DNA from: an uncultured Nitrospiraceae bacterium
Lineage (GTDB): Bacteria; Nitrospirota; Thermodesulfovibrionia; Thermodesulfovibrionales; Dissulfurispiraceae
Direction of reading: 5' to 3'
Assembly: GCA_963705105.1 (NCBI GenBank)
Contig: CAVPIW010000012.1
Coordinates: 32,001 to 96,000 of the forward strand
Length of the DNA stretch: 64,000 nt
Positions 60,507-64,000 of this stretch are shown piece by piece. Position numbers and translations under genes: made by a program. The stretch's first letter is position 1. The number at the start of each line of letters is the position of its first letter. The notes beneath the pieces were generated by a model. The model did no database searches and was not told the origin of the DNA. It worked only from the letters and a program-made list of their open reading frames with translations.

Positions 60507-60773
60507 TCATGATGTCCCGTCATCGTGCCCGGTGCCTCCACTGTTCGGTGTCTTCCGCTGCTCATTCCTCCTGATCGCCTCTTTCACCCGGACAAGAAGA
60601 CGCCGTGCCCAGGCGAACTCGGTGGCGAGGATGCCGATGCCGATGGGGATGACGACAAAGGCGGGGCCGGGGAGCACCATGAGCGCAATGCCGATCAGCA
60701 GGACCGTGAAGCCCACGATGGCGACGATCAGGCGCTTGGCCCTTTTCAGGCTCCGGAGCAGAAAGGCTTCCAT
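60507..60773 (-). CDS. PGPGW-domain-like small membrane protein
   Basis: GIALMVLPGPAFVVIPIG..ILATEFAWA. Confidence 0.8.
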   Translation of the reverse strand: MEAFLLRSLKRAKRLIVAIVGFTVLLIGIALMVLPGPAFVVIPIGIGILATEFAWARRLLVRVKEAIRRNEQRKTPNSGGTGHDDGTS

Positions 60774-60807
60774 GTTCTTCGCTCTTATTATACCGCATCA
60801 CCCTCTA

Positions 60808-61020
60808 TACCCTATAGTTGCATGGAAAGGCGGGGCGAAACGCCTCAAAGCCTTGCTGAAGGCGACGATGCTCCTCGTCATCTTCGTGTTTTAGGATTCC
60901 ACTTTTTGTCATCGACCATTGGCTTATAGTTCATCTTTCGTTTTGATACAGGTGTCGCCGCAGCAAGGTTTTCGGCGCATACACCCCGCCTTTCCGGGAA
61001 GCGTATGCAACGATAAGGTA
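60808..61020 (+). repeat. Modular repeat copy R10 (complete)
   Basis: Collinear with 40479-40696; TA at both ends. Confidence 0.88.
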
Positions 61021-61034
61021 GACAGTGGGTGATA

Positions 61035-61200
61035 AACAGGAACCAGAGACAGAGGCATGACGGAAAGGCTTTGAACCATATCTGTCTTCCCGGAGACAGC
61101 GGTAGTGACACCGACACTGACACTGACACTCACACTGTCACTGTTTTTCAGAGCGCTTCGCCCCGCCTTTCCGGATGTCCTATTGCAATGATAAGGTCTA
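61035..61200 (-). repeat. Modular repeat copy R11 (end + hexamer module + module D, inverted)
   Basis: Reverse complement matches 28857-28964 almost base for base. Confidence 0.85.
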
Positions 61201-61295
61201 CTGTATTCTGATCTTTGACCCGCAACCCGCAACTGCTGTCAACGGTGATCTGTATTCTGATCCGCAACCCGTTACCCGTAACCCGCACCCGCTGT
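61200..61295. repeat. Heptamer (ACCCGCA/ACCCGTA) microsatellite with duplicated CTGTATTCTGATC
   Basis: Directly visible tandem units. Confidence 0.6.
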
Positions 61296-61331
61296 CTTGC
61301 CAGTACTTCCGGCGAGATGGTAGTGTAATAG

Positions 61332-63886
<2,555 letters not shown>

Positions 63887-63890
<4 letters not shown>

Positions 63891-64000
63891 TGAGTGAACT
63901 GGTCATCAATGTGACCCATGAAGAGAGCAGGGTGGCCCTCCTCGAGGGCGGCCAGGTCGTCGAGCTCTACATCGAGCGCACGCGGGACGTCAGCCTCGTC
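63887..64000 (+). CDS. rng: Rne/Rng-family ribonuclease, N-terminus (partial)
   Basis: MMSELVINVTHEESRVALLEGGQVVELYIER; typical neighbour of the radical SAM gene. Confidence 0.8.

Overview
GC-rich bacterial chromosomal window. Gene content suggests an anaerobic or microaerophilic Nitrospirota/Desulfobacterota-type organism (inference). The core-like parts encode two hybrid PAS histidine kinases, a DUF748 protein, a collagen-like surface protein, a sigma-70 factor flanked by two 4-Cys microproteins, SorAB-like sulfite dehydrogenase plus a cytochrome P460-family protein, hflX-ahbD-like-hemE, a selenocysteine formate dehydrogenase (fdhAB-fdhE), coaD/rsmD, a napAGHBD nitrate reductase operon, plsC/bpt, and a TIGR03960-like radical SAM gene followed by rng. 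From about 30.1 to 47.7 kb lies an all-minus-strand accessory island of stress and envelope genes (BON, CsbD x2, lmo0937-like x2, MgtA, RNB, FecR/DUF6600-like, cupin). It has a solitary attC-like site at its left edge, a ~677-bp direct repeat, and three copies of a sigma-54 promoter cassette (activator-gene remnant + 31-bp double palindrome + -24/-12 box at identical spacing). About 11 copies of a modular, TA-flanked intergenic repeat family are spread across the window. No rRNA, tRNA or CRISPR array was seen. All family assignments come from motif recognition by eye, not database searches.
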